A stretch of DNA of 64,000 bases from Pecten maximus (Eukaryota). Each line of letters opens with the position of its first letter. The first letter of the stretch is position 1. This document shows positions 27,417 through 41,600 of this stretch, in pieces. The notes under the pieces were generated by a model. The model had not been told where the DNA came from. It saw only the letters and a list, made by a program, of their open reading frames with translations, and did not search any database. Position numbers and translations under genes: made by a program. The DNA is taken from contig NC_047031.1 in NCBI RefSeq assembly GCF_902652985.1, forward strand, positions 17,608,001-17,672,000, read 5' to 3'.

Positions 27417-28537
27417 TTTTATAAGATATTGATACAAATAATCTTATATATATGGGATATACATGTATATCTTAATACTTCATAAAGACAAATAGTTTTG
27501 TGGTAGACCTAAGCGGACTCGGGCAACAATCACTTTGGTACACAATTCGACTTTCCTTTCGTTCAAACTTGTCTAGACACTTCATTTCAGTGTATAAATG
27601 AATATTAACTGGTTATTTATTTTCGTGCTGTATCTAATGACCGCGAATGTAGTGAAATTAAATTCCCGCGAATATTATAAGCTATACAGCAAATATTTAA
27701 ATGTTGATTTGGTATCTGTATGGTGCATTTTGAGGATAACTAATTTCGAAAAATATTCATATTCGTGAATATTTGAATATCACAAGGAAACAAAACACAA
27801 AGACATCACTAAACCTATTGAAAATGTCTGAACAAGATTTTATGGAAATTCTTATTTCGAAATGAGTTTTTCGTTTAACAGTTTGAAATAGTAATGAATT
27901 TGTTTTATTCAAATTCGACTTTAAACTTTTGTAAGAAAGAATGCGAAATTATATACACATACAAGCAATTAAGATAGTTACCAGAAAATGTACATGTAGA
28001 ACTACGGAGGTAATTTGAGGTTAATATAGAAATTATACATGCGTGAAATTATGAATTACATAATATATAATTATGTTTTTGAAAGGCAAAGTATAGATAA
28101 AAATATTCTATAATAAAGAATTATAACTGAACCATAAAGACCGTCTTAGATATGTATACAGATTTCTTCAGTGGAAAAATGTATTCCAGTTTATACCATA
28201 GGGAATGTAAATAAGATAATAAACGTTGTAGTATAATGAAATTAAATATTGCAGTCTCAGAGCAAATTAGCGACAGAGGAGTAATTAAAAAGAGGGCATA
28301 AAAAAGAAGAAAAAAACAACAAAAAACAAACAACAAAACAAACAGCAAACCAGCAGAACGTGTTGTTGTTTCATCAACAATGTAAGGCTTTGAAATCGAC
28401 CTAAATAACTACAGGAAGGACCTTTAGCTAAAATACAACCATTTGGCGGGTTGTATTTATAACACAAACTCCGGACGAGACACTGACACAATAATTCAGA
28501 TATGGATATAGAGCTATATTGCCTGCATCCATTAATT

Positions 28538-28646
28538 ATCATATATCATATCATATCACATCATATAATATCATATCACATCATATATCACATCACATCA
28601 TATCATATCACATCACATCACATCACATCACATCACATCATATCAT
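28538..28646. repeat. (ATCAT/ATCAC)n pentanucleotide microsatellite
   Basis: Direct reading. Confidence 0.92.
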
Positions 28647-31245
28647 AACACAATTATCTCAGCGAATTATATTTTACTGAAACGCAGAAAAATGATTTCA
28701 TCACGTAATCCTTATCCTTAAGCTGTATGAACCTGACATGTATTTCGAAATTACAAAGTCTTTTGTAAGATCTATTAATGCTTTGTTATGTTTGTTTTCT
28801 GAAATGATGATAGCAAAAACAAACAACACTATAATTCGTCCATCAACCTTAACATACATATTTCAATCTAATTCATGCTGTATCACGAGTTTAGTACAAT
28901 ATGTTTATTTTGAGAAATAGCACTAAACTTGGAAGACCATACATTGAAAAGAAAACCACTCTAGAAATCGGTACGTTCAGAATATAACGAGAATGCAGAA
29001 ACAAAAAATGGTGATGACGATGAAAGAGGAAAATAACTTGATTATCTATAAAAAGGGTGAGAATTATATGTTCGTGTAAAATGTGCAAGATAATCTTATA
29101 ATGATAAAATCACCGGGCGTGTAGTAATTATAAAACCTGATTTTGATAAATATCCAATTTTTTAGATTATCCGAAATTCCAACAAATTAGACGAATGCTC
29201 TTGTTTAACTGTTCAAGGTCGAACGACATTAATTTCAATTCATTTCGCCTTTGCTAGACATCCTTCTTTCCCGGTGTATTTTAAATTGTGTTATTTGTCT
29301 TACTTTGAAGCCAGAAATGCACGTAATTACAAAGTAGGCGTTGTCAAAAGAAAAATAGCTCTCTAGGGAAGAGACGCGTGTGCGACATTGTGGGATGGTT
29401 TGAGATCCAGCGGTGGGTTAGACGCGCGAGTAGGGTCATGGCGAGTGTTTTGTAGCCAGCTGGATGATAAATCGCGATGTACCATTTTCTATTTCCGATC
29501 CATGCTGGATACAGACGGTTTATCATCCATCACCGGGAAGGAAAACATTCAACACTCGGAACACCTCTTTCGTTCTATCGGGATACTCGTAACACCTCTT
29601 CGGTTATATGGATATAGGGAAATCAAAAAAGATTAAATGCCAAATTCTATACCAGTGTATCTAATGATTTTCAACCAGATTATTTTTTTACTCTAAATTG
29701 TATTATATCAAAATTATATATTTGTACATATTTGTGTACTGTATAAGAACCGTAAATCAAAAATAAATGAATGCATACAAAACCATACAATGGAAAATGT
29801 GTTGCGGTCGGTCTCAAATTAGTGCAATGGTAATCTTGATAGCATTAAGGTGTACGTTGTAGATCACGTGACAATATTTTTTTTTATCTGTGTCACGTTA
29901 ACGCTTAGCTGGTGGACATAAATAACACAATTATCGAAGCTTTGGATTAAACAGTAATCATTTTGACTAACTTTTTCAAATTAACAAACATGCAAGTTAA
30001 ACAATTGGATAAAATATAAGGCAACATAATTTTTATAAATAATCTCTGAAATATATTTTTTATTATTAATCATATTGTATTTAAATAAATGTCCAAAATC
30101 TGTTGTCCTATCAATTGTTAATTCTAATAAAGAGATTTGATCAGCCCGTTATAATTTTGCGTATTTCGAGGGTTGCTATCTAACATTTCAAATCTCTTCT
30201 GTTATATATATATATTTATCTTTATTTGATTTGACCTACCTTTATATATAACGGGTGTCGTCGATGAAGCCGAAGACGTTTACACTCTTGAACACCTGGT
30301 CTTACTCTCCCGATATTTTTCTCTGTGCAAATCGTTATTAATGTTAATATTCTGCCCTCGTTTTATGGAATCAGTGTTGGAATTATGGTGTCGTTATTAT
30401 GTCGGTATTCTTTGTTGTTTTTGAATACTATACCCGGTCTCCATATATACTTAACCCATACTAGAACTGGGAAACAAATTGTCTCTTCTTTCTCGTGTGG
30501 CGGCTACAATTCTAGGGTTCCCTGATTGGTCAGGGACAGTGTCTTCTGTTGACGAGCACTCCATCGCTTGTTGACCGTAAAGGGAGGACACAACTGCGCC
30601 CCATTAAGAACTGAGGATTTTCTTTTGTGTCTTCTGCTTATTGGAGGAAATTGAAGACAGCTCGATATATATGCTGCTCCTAATTTTAGCAATAGGAATA
30701 CATACCTTATTGTCTCCTTATTTCTCTTTTTGTTATCCCTCTTTCCCTTCTTTGATTACCTCTGTTGGTGGTTTCTTTACAAACAATTTTAAGTAAAAAC
30801 TCTGGAAAACATCCTGACTAAGTAGAATGGCAATCTGTTTGAATGAAAAGACGTTAACCATTTCAGAACACTATTTTTATCAGTTTGTTATGATATCGTA
30901 TAAACCTGTGTTCGTAATCATGGCTGCGTGGCCGAGTTTACATATCAGGTACCGTGAGGTTAAAAAATAAGGTCATCATTTCTATGAATAGATTAAACAA
31001 ATCATCACCTGACTTAATAGTTTATCCGATTGTTGTGAAAATTCATCTACTTTTTTACGATTTTCATATTTTGTATGAGTGTGCGCTTCAATCGATTGGA
31101 GTTAAAACTGAAGTCACTGTTACTATGGAATGGTTAACGATGCTTATATAATATAATATACGTGTACTTAACGGTGTAGATATCGTATACACTAGTGTAA
31201 TATAAAATCAAACAATTAACGGTGTTAATATGATATAATATATAG

Positions 31246-31382
31246 AGGATATCTAACAGTGTCTTCAGTAATACCAAATATATTTCACTCGTGAGGCTAA
31301 TATTTTGATGTTATATATATCAAAATATTAGCCACACGAGTGAAGTATATTTGGTATTACTGAAGACACTGTTAGATATTCT
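31246..31382. mobile_element. Foldback (palindromic) non-autonomous element, ~62-bp arms
   Basis: ATATCTAACAGTGTCTTCAGTAATACCAAATATA... is mirrored by ...TATATTTGGTATTACTGAAGACACTGTTAGATAT with few mismatches and a short AT loop; the arm recurs at 33751. Confidence 0.85.
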
Positions 31383-33750
31383 GTTAATTACATTTTTTAT
31401 CAACGAAAAACCTACCCCATTTAAAACTAGTAAAATTGTACATAAAATATGTTTTAAATTAGAAAATCATTTTCAAAATTAATTATAAGCGTTGATGTCA
31501 ATTTTTTTTTATTTTTAGTATCATCGGGGTATGAAACAAATTTTGTTTGCAAACTAAAAAAAAATGACATCAATGCTTAAATAATATAATACAAATAGTG
31601 TTGTTATAATTGGTAATTTTAGTTTGTACGTTTTGTACAAATTTCTGCTATTGTAATCACAGTATGTAAGTTTTATTTCTGATTCTGAATTAAAAACGAA
31701 GTAAACTCAATAAAAGTGCTCTTATTTAATAGAATGTGAAATTTCAGATGTTTAAATGTTGATCCCGTGAACGTGCTGTAAACTTTGCCCATTAAGTGTA
31801 ATATAACAATTTTGCAGAAAGATATTTTTACGTAATTACATATTCTGGCTGACATCTATACGTCACTAAGACAATTATGGGATGTGATATGGTATAATTC
31901 AAACTGAAAAAAACTAGGTGAATGAGTATTATAAACACCGGGTATGATGAATCCGATATCCCCGCCCGTTTGGAACTGAAATATTCCGCAGTAAAGTAGT
32001 TGGGGGTGCGTACATTACCTAACAATAACGACACGAAATGGAGAAATTTATTTGGACATGTTAAAATGAGGTCAATCTGATATAATATAAACATAAATTC
32101 TGCAGTTAAGCGGCCAAAAGGAAGTTTACATAAACTTTGTATCAAAAATTTTATTTGCTGGACATTTTGGAAAATTTCAACCTGTATATACAAAATAGCT
32201 TGGAAATAGAATAAAGAAAGAAACAAATAAATAAATATAAATATATAAATAAGCAGATAAATGATTAATAATTGAATGAATCAATTAATAAATAAGACAA
32301 AAATCAAAATAATAAATTAGTCAAAAATAAAAAAAATAAAAATCAGCTTGTTAAAAATGCAATGAAATTGTGTAAAAAACCAAAAAGACATGGATAAATA
32401 TAAGATTACCTGATCGACCACGATTTTCTGTGTAATTCCATGCCAATACGAATACAAACCCATTCTGGCCAATATGACTGATAGATTGAAGTTACTTAGC
32501 TGATTTTGTGATTTGCGGCAAATAATGTTAACAAACACAAGGAAATGTCGGCAGGTGTTTTAAACATGGTCAAATGTTGATACTTTTAAATTAATATAAA
32601 TGTATTTGAAAAAACGTACGATTGCTAATTGAAATTGGTCTATTTTACAGTAGACTAGTAGAGTGCTTGCCAATTATGTACAGAAACTTTTGAATATGAA
32701 TATTGCAAAAAAAATATACCCAGTTTCATATTAGTTTAAACAATATCTTATTAATATTCAAGTTCTTTCACACAACATCACAATACAAATCATATATACA
32801 TATAGGATTGGAAAACAAGCTAAAAGATTATACTTATTCCAGTCCTAAATAATAATATATCGCACATTGCTATTGAATATGACGCTTAAAGGATAAATGC
32901 TTGATATCGAATTTCCTTACTTTTATTCTGACATTTACTCGTTTATATAAAATTTGAACCTATTAAGTAGGTATGCCCTAACGTACTAAGTAAATGAAGT
33001 GGATAGACAGCTCGGATTGCTGAAAGGTGATGGTATGGTCCCCATGATTGTGCAATCATTTTTTGCCTCAGTGGATCCCAAGTAACCCCAAAGCATATCA
33101 CTTCCCTATCGACACGGGGTATCTGCTGATGTTATTCCTCGCCATATCACCTGCCACACGGACTATTTATTTATGTTCCTGTCTGCACGCAGCAAATAGT
33201 GTAACGTCTCATAAAATCTAAAAATAGATTGAGATCATTAAGGTCGAGAAAAAAAAGTCTCAGAGCTCTGGATCATTTCCGGACTATGGGTAGAGATAAA
33301 AATTGGTAATGGAAACAGAGCATTCCTATCAAATGTAGCATTTCTAAGTATCATTTAAGTTTTGTAATTGAATATTTTTTGTTTTTGTTTGATTTGGAAA
33401 AAAATGAAATGACATAACATCAAACTGTGAAAAAATGCTTTAATATTTGGCAGAAAATTAAGAGAAATAAGCAATCTATATCAGGAACCCCTGGGAAATA
33501 TTGTTTGATTCAATATTAATATATACACATATAAAATGTTGAAGTTTACGAAATGTAAGTATATACAAGGGAAGACTTTTTATTACATTTTTACCTGTGA
33601 AATATCAAAAATATTCATTCTATAAAAGTGATATTTTTCACTAGTGAAAAATATTACTTTTTCTGATTTGACCAATTAAAACACTGCTTACAATCGAAAA
33701 TGAAGAAATTAAAAGCTGACCTGATATATTCTGCTATAAATATGTTATAA

Positions 33751-33888
33751 ACAGAATATCTAACAGTGTCTTCAGTAATACCAAATATGCTTCACTCGTG
33801 TGGCTGATATTTTGATAATTTTCAATCGTGCTGCGCACCCATGAAAAATATAAAAAAATATTTCTCCCACTCGTGAAATGTATTTGCT
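33751..33888. mobile_element. Second copy of the foldback element arm with longer loop
   Basis: CAGAATATCTAACAGTGTCTTCAGTAATACCAAATAT matches 31246-31382. Confidence 0.8.
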
Positions 33889-34468
33889 TATGATTTAATC
33901 TATACCCTTCAAAGTTCTCTTTATTGACGAACTCTTTTCTATTACATTGTATTTCTTTGCGTTATGGACGGATAACACAAATTTCTAAGCCAATGAAAAG
34001 ACTTGTTACAAACAAGATTAAATTATATACATGTATATATACTACTTGCATTTCAAAATTTATGATGGCATTTTACACCAGTTGAATTAATATTTAGCAA
34101 CGTCAAAAATGAAAGCCGTTGACCATGGTATAGGAAAACGATTAATTCAATACAGCAATCTTAAGTTGTCTCCTTCATCTCTTAGTTTGTTGCCACTTTA
34201 CCACAACAAACGTGTGACATAAAAACTATAAATGCTGTAATTTATTGCATTTTGCAGGAATTTCAGCAATATAAAGAGTGCTCTCTTGGGCAGCCCGCTG
34301 ATGGAAGTGATACAGTACAAAGCAGCAAACTTTGATGAAAGTAAGGAAAATTGTCTTTATTTACTGCAAGTAACCCAATTTTTTGCTACAAATGAGTGAA
34401 TTCGCCTTTGCAAACAGGCAAATGGTAAGGTATTGCTTCACGTCATATTATTCATTTATATCCCACGT

Positions 34469-34672
34469 TGCACCTTCGGCTTAACCGAGGAAATTTGACA
34501 ACGTGGTAAATTCACATTTGGCTCGAACGAGGAAAATTTGACACCGTGGTAAATTCACCTTCGATTTGACCGAGGGAAAATTTGACACCGAGTGTAAATT
34601 CACCTTTGGCTTGACAGGAAAATTTTACACCGAGGATAATTCACCTTCGACTTGACCGAGGAAAATTTGACA
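34469..34672. repeat. ~43-bp minisatellite, 5 copies
   Basis: CACC/ATT...GAGGAAAATTTGACA units start at 34471, 34513, 34556, 34601, 34642. Confidence 0.9.
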
Positions 34673-35475
34673 TCAGGGGCACTGTGACAAACATGAGGTA
34701 TGATTTATGAAGGACGTCAACATGATATTTTTATAGGAAATGCATGCATCTCATCACTGAAGAACATAAACAATATAGATTATTAGATTAAGATCTGAAA
34801 TGAAATTTCATTTCCAAACATGTTTTTGAACATTAACACATTTTACAAAGTTATTGTTATCTATAACGCTTATTTAATAAGCTATAAAAAATCTTCATAA
34901 CAAAATCCAGATATTCTGCAGAAACCTTATTTAAACAAAAGAAGAAAGAAGATTAATACCATTGCTTTCTAGATCTGCAATGGATGACGCTGTTTCTGTA
35001 GAACTGGTTTATGTGAATGCGCCCATCAAGGACACAGCTTTGTTTATCAGCTTGACCTTTGAACCTTGCCTGCCATTGTCTCATAAAGCAGTTCTTCCAT
35101 TATCGTGGCGGGAGAATTTGATCTAATTACCCCGTGTTTCGCTCATTCCAACTATCCGAAATCTCCCTGCCTTTAGTCTCATTATAATGTAACAGTGCCA
35201 GGACCCGCATCGTCAAACATGATGCAGTTCATTTGTCGAATATGTACCTTCAATAAGATTCTTCATAAAACAATTTAAACACTTCTTATCTTTGAAAAAT
35301 ATAATTTGTTGATTTATGAAGGAAGAGTACGAGGCCGGAAGTGATTAAAGCGATCTAAAGGTTCTTATTCAAAACACATTATTTAAGATACATTCATTTA
35401 ATGGGAACATCCATTGTTTCAAATATTACCTTCAATGAGAACTGTATTGAGCCAAAAATAAATGCAACAACAATT

Positions 35476-35900
35476 CAGAAAACATCAAAAATAATTCCAA
35501 ACCAGATTCATGTATACAAAAAAAAAATAAGAAAATATTAAATTTTATACCAAGGCAGACTCCAGTATATGAAACCCAGAAAACATTGAAAATAATTCCA
35601 AACCAGTCTCCGGAGCATAAAAACCAGAAAACATCAAAAGGAAATCCAATCCAGACTCCAGTGCATGAAACCCAGAAAACATTGAAAATGCTTCCAAATC
35701 AGACTACAGTATATTAAACCCAGATAACATTAAATTCCTAACCAGACTTAAGAAAATAAATCCCAGAAAACATTAAATATAATTCCAAACCAGACTCCAG
35801 TATATAAAACCCACATAATATTAAAAATAATTCCAACCCAGACTCCAGTATAATAAACCTAGAAAACATTAAAAATAATTCCAAACCAGGCTCCAGTATA
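35476..35900. repeat. 48-bp minisatellite, ~9 copies
   Basis: CCAGAAAACATT...AATTCCAAACCAGACTCCAGTA with period 48 (35576, 35624, ...). Confidence 0.9.
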
Positions 35901-36220
35901 GCATATATCTTCAACCTTTTGAATATTTCACTCACCCCTAGGGCGGTAATGATGTGCCTAATTACAGTTTTAATATTTAACGTGACATTCTGTCCGTGAT
36001 TGCCTCAGTCCAGTGTACGCAGATACCTCTGTGAATGTTTCGCAATGATTTTTGCCTGCTTTTTTTCTACATTTATTATTTTGGACTTCTGTTCTCCCCC
36101 TTTTGATATTTACGAAATGAAATAATGGGACAATTGCATCTTCCAATCTCCATTCTGACATTATTTCGCCATATTTCGAGTTGTGTCAGTCCTGATCCAG
36201 ACATCAACACTTTAGACCTT

Positions 36221-36270
36221 GGTATCACTGATATGCCCTACAGGGAGGAAACAGCTATATGATGTAGTTT
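36221..36270 (+). ncRNA. Degenerate hammerhead-ribozyme-family motif
   Basis: ATCACTGATATGCCCTACAGGGAGGAAACAGCTATATGATGTAGTTT aligns without gaps to the 56-bp unit at 59147; it retains GAAA. Confidence 0.6.
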
Positions 36271-36550
36271 CATTCATAAACAGCTCTACTGTGCCTAACT
36301 GTTATTTTGTACTGAAACTTACAAATATCTCAAATATATTATGATATATATGATATATTAAATTCTTGTTTCATTCTTGAATTTTTGTTACCGGTTCACA
36401 ATATACACAAATGATTCATGTTTGTTTTTAAATTGCCAGTATCAACAAACAAAACAAGAAAATTCACTAAGAGGGTTACAGCACATTCATTATCTAATCT
36501 GATATTTTTGTCCATTTAGACTTACCTTCTGAATTCAATTTTAGCATCCT

Positions 36551-36597
36551 GGTATCACTGACAAGTCGGGAGTCGAAACAGCAATGGTATGTAGGTT
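36551..36597 (+). ncRNA. Degenerate hammerhead-ribozyme-family motif
   Basis: GGTATCACTGACAAGTCGGGAGTCGAAACAGC; same head as 36221, 330 bp downstream; retains GAAA. Confidence 0.5.
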
Positions 36598-37689
36598 AAC
36601 ATTGCTTGTTTGTCATGCACTTCATGTGTCACTGTAGATAAACATGTTCGAGTTCTTAAATATTTGTACAAAATGCAATGAAACAACGATTTGCCATTAA
36701 GGAAGAAATGTTCCATTTCCCGTACAAGTTATATATAAAAAGTTATTATCAACCAGAACAGACGATTGTATTTTAGGATAATTGAATTCTATCGAGATGA
36801 ATGTTGTTCGTGATTTTTATAAGGATTTTGTTTTGTTTTTGTAAATAAACGGAGAGTAAAATTGTGATATTCAGTGTACTCTCGAAATCAGTGGGGTCAT
36901 GAATAACTTCGATTTTTCCTGAGTATTCGAGATAACCGATTTATGTATATTTAATATATAATTTTACTGTGGTGACTGGATTTTTACTTCGAGTAAAGCA
37001 TAGTCTTTGAATTATCAAAGTTCTTAATAATGAAGGTTTGAATGTACGTCTATTTTAACACTCTTAATTGAATAGGAACATAAAATGATATTAAGAAGAA
37101 TTAATATTTTCCTTTTGACGTATTCTTACTGTGCTAATGTAAAATGTTCTTAAATACCGCAAATTGAAGTCGACTTGCACAGATATATCGCTATTCCGCG
37201 ACTACAGTTATTAAGCCGTCTGGCTTACGTTTCTCATGACCCTATTCCCAGCTTTTCAGCATTTCAGAGTATCTCCTGGTTAAAGGCCGATCGTTTGGGA
37301 AATATTACTTTCTTAAATTTAAAGAGTGAATCCACATGGTGCAGGGAAACGGATTTACTTTTTTAATTTTGTTGTTTTACGAGTATCGGCATTACCAGAT
37401 ATTTTCCTTGTCTCTATTCATTTGTATTCGTTTTGGTTATGTTTTCTCTTTTTGTCCATCGTTTCTGTTGCTTGTTTGTTTTTGTCTTTTTTGACGAGCG
37501 TTATGGTCATGATGTAAATATAGTAACGTGTAACGGACATTTCAGACATCATTGCAGACAAAACATCTTCAATTAAAAAATGTCTACGTCAAAACCCCAT
37601 CGTACTCAGGCGAAGACCATGAATATCACACCGCAACCTTCAATATTTTCCAGGACGTGGCTGGACGTGTTGGGTTTATCGCTCCACAG

Positions 37690-37850
37690 AACAGATAGGG
37701 TCATGTTGAGGAGTTTTCCTTGTAGTAGTTAGTGATTACCTCACTGCAAAATCCATCGCATGTCATTCAACGCAATTAGGGTGAGGTGTTGTGCCCTAGG
37801 ACACAACCATGACAGCACAAATTGGTGTCTCAGCGTCCCAAGGAACACAA
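37690..37850 (-). mobile_element. Degenerate SINE family B (CORE-like), copy 2
   Basis: Minus strand reads GTGTCCTAGGGCACAACACCTCACCCTAATTGC, resembling the CORE-SINE motif; homologous to 7333-7520. Confidence 0.6.
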
Positions 37851-38079
37851 ACCAACACGAATAGGGGACGTCAAAATGGCTGGAAGTAGCAGTAACGTGG
37901 ATGCATGTGATTACTGTGTAATACATGGTTTTATCGAATTGGATGTTATTCTTAATTAATTTGATAAATCACAATCTCTGTTTGTAGGCTAAATTTCGGC
38001 TTAAACGTTTTTGCTCAATCTTTCAGCAAAATAATATGGCGCAAGGTATGTAAACTCATGTAAATGTCAGCGTCAGCAC

Positions 38080-38308
38080 TTATTCAAACTTCATTATCTC
38101 GAACCCTGATAACTCTGCTTAACTCGAAATAAAAATTAAGTTCCGTCAGTAAAAAGTCCACGTAGAATATACTCGGTTACCTCGAATACTCGATTAAAAA
38201 AAAGTAAAAATCAAGTTCCGTCAGTCAAAAGGCCATATAGAATATACATGGTTAACTCGAATATTCTCGATATCTCATAATGACTTCGAGCTAAGGAGTT
38301 CTACTGTA
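38080..38308. mobile_element. Tc1/mariner-type MITE (degenerate)
   Basis: TCAAACTTCATTATCTCGAAC...CTTCGAGCTAAGGAGTTCTACTGTA; similar to 44934-45112. Confidence 0.6.
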
Positions 38309-38452
38309 TGATTTTTATGTACAATGTCTCATTACCAAGAAATAGTCAATAGTCCAACTTGGGTAGGGAGGATACGGATGAAAGTGACAGGATAACAACA
38401 CCACTTCTCATTTCAAAATATATAATAAATACTATGCTATTCAACTATATTT

Positions 38453-38673
38453 GGGGCCGCGGTGGCCGAGTGGTTAACGTGTCCCGACACTTTTTTACTA
38501 GCCCCCCCCCACTTCTGGGTTGCGAGTTCGAAACCGACGTGGGGCAGTTGCCAGGTACTGACCGTAGGCCGGTGTTTTTTCTCCGGGTGCTCCGGCTTTC
38601 CTCCACCTCCAAACCTGGCACGTCCTTAAATGACCCTGACTGCTAATAGGACGTTAAACAAAATAAACCAAAA
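38453..38673 (+). mobile_element. tRNA-derived SINE family A, copy 3
   Basis: GGGGCCGCGGTGGCCGAGTGG head, B box GAGTTCGAAAC, CTCCGGGTGCTCCGGCTTTCCTCCAC core, A/C-rich tail. Confidence 0.92.
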
Positions 38674-41600
38674 CAGTCACATTTATATAAATGAATACAT
38701 GGAGCTTCTTTATCCAGCCACATCGTCTCTTCAAATGTGCTTTGCTGCATCATCTTAATGATGAAACGTTGTAAACATAACTATAACACATACACACGTT
38801 CATTACAATTTTATTTATATATGGTTGGAGAGTTCCAAACATAGAAGTTGACAATGACATTTTGTTCATCAGTTTTACTTTCATCATGTACACAAACAAA
38901 TTATTCGAACCGTTTATTTACATTATCATTAAAATATCAAACAATTTCAGCATAAAATGAAATTGATTTGCCAGTCAGAAAAAAGATTCAACAAGAATTA
39001 GCAAATACTGACAAATACTATGATGCTGTTACTGTAATACAAAAATATATTTTTATTTAAGTTTAGACATTACTAACAAAAGAAAAAAAATCTTATAAAG
39101 TCAGATTGTGAATAAAAACATTCTTTGAACTACGGCAGAAAATAAAGAAATATTCAATCCAAAGTTTCATTAGTATTGACATTTAAACATACATTACATT
39201 TCTTACATATTCCGTGTAACAGTATTATTGCTGTTGAATTAAGACTTACAATAAACTTATCATGAAACAGCAAACTTATCCGTAAATAGGATTATTTTCA
39301 GGCGATCAATAAGATATGTTGTTTTAATTACAAATTTTAATGAATACAAGGTGCAAATTGGATGACATAAAATATATCCGAACTTAGATTTTATACACAT
39401 ATATTTTATAAACTTGAATATTCAACATATATTTTAAATTATTTTAGAAGATTAAAATAGTTGACAATTTTAGATATGAATATATTGAAATAATTCGGAC
39501 AAAAATTGATATAATTCTGATTTGTACATAGTTTGATTAAAATATCATTACTGACATGTTTGCAAAAATATTAATACTTCCAGAGGTGTTATTCTAATTA
39601 ATCCTATAAACACAGTCAATGAAAAAATTCAATTATTGCGTTTTTCTGTTTCTGATAAATTAAATGCTTATATTTGTGTACGTTTGCAGTCTTATATTGT
39701 ACAAATCGATATATGTATTGGGCAAATACATCCTAAAATTCTGTTGTTGCCCTGTTGACATCCCTTATGATGTTTCTGGTGGTAAGTGTCACACATTATA
39801 TAAAACTTTTAACCACATTAACAGTTTAACAATTCTCAAATGTTTTTGTTGATGATTGACCGATTAAAGGTTTCCCTTTAATATATTGTATGACTTTTCA
39901 CTTTTTTGGATATAGGAAAAAATATTTATTTTAAAAGGCAGACAACACAGAGCTCGAACTGGCCTAAAATAGTGGCACAAACGCCACGTCAATGTAAAGT
40001 TTACCCGGCTAGTATCCATAAAACATTATAATTTGTGCTCAAACCATCATTTGAAAATGGACGGATATACCTCTGTGAACTTTACCACATATATATGCGA
40101 AAATTTTACTTTCAATGTTATTTACGAGGCCTAAAATCAGTTTCAAGTGCCACTTCTACCTTTTATGAGAAGTTTGCCATTGTTCATCAAAAGTGTTTCG
40201 TCATAACGTGATTTGAAAAAAAAGAAAGAAAGAAAATGTAACACGCAACCGGGGTATGAGTACGCGTTATTTCCATTAAAACATTCCAATAGCTCAAGGG
40301 TGCAGAGTTCAAAATAAAATATATGGTACGAGGGAAAGGCAGCTCCATTCAGGTTTTAAGAAAGTAAGTTGAATGAATTGACTGTGTGGATTATACGTTT
40401 TGATTTTTCGTCGACGAGTCTTGTGTGTTGAAATGAATGGGGAATACTAAGCAAAATATTCTATTAAAGAAGGGCTTGTAATCATCATATTTTTTATCTA
40501 ACATTCATGTAAACATTTAGATATTAGCGGATTCAAATAATTATACAGATGAAAAATACAGGATACTCAAACTTTGTAACATTGTGTATAACCAAGCTAT
40601 ATTATTTGTTATTAAGAAGTTATGAAGGGGTAGACTACAAAATGGCTGACTTTGGGCCCGTTTGTAATTATAGGTTGGGGTATATAAACCATAATAAAGC
40701 TATAAGTAATTAAATGGCTCGAATTAAAATGTTTTGACAAAGAAAGGGGAAAACGTCATTCCAGTACCAAGGTACTGTTAAATTAGATTGTCCTGTCTTG
40801 ATAGTCTATCGATATCAATCGTTATTCTCATAAAATGGAGTAAGTTTTAGTTTTTCTATTTTGTGGCCTCGAATCACTAAATACATATATGTATATAATA
40901 ATGATAACAACAATAAATATACATATAGAGAAAATATATTATTAATTTATTTTCCAGTAATTTAAACAAGATTTTATCCAACTGTGCTTTTTCACAATTT
41001 TTTAATTGATTTTTTTTTTGGTCAAAGCTAATATTTATCTCTTTTGTTTTTTTGTTATTTTCGTTTGTGATAACTTTAACCACTCCAAATGTATTAAATA
41101 TTAATATGGCGTTTGGTTTCTGTAAAAGATCAGTTTGATCTTTGTCGTTTTGTGCTCTATAACTGCACAGACAAACAAACAATATTATTATTAATGGACT
41201 GATTGACATCGCTAGGCCAAAGAGTGGACACACCATTTAATGATCGCAAGTCATTGTTAAGACAAAGAATCCATCAACAAACATAATGTTTAACGGGAAT
41301 GCATATTCTACGTGACTTACACTGATAAAATTGTGAATCAACGGAATAAAAATATACCTATTTGAATTCAACTATTTCCCCAAAAAATGATTAAAATCTT
41401 CATTTCTGATAAAATTGAAATAAAAAAATTCTAGAATTGAAATTTGAATAAGGTTTTTTCTTTTCTTTCTTTAAAACGTTTCTAACTTTATATAAATATC
41501 TTCAATTATTCCTTAAATTATGTTTAGAAAATAATTGTATTTATTTAGATTTAAAAGGGGTATCAATAATGTCTATGAGTTTAGGGTATCATATTATAAA

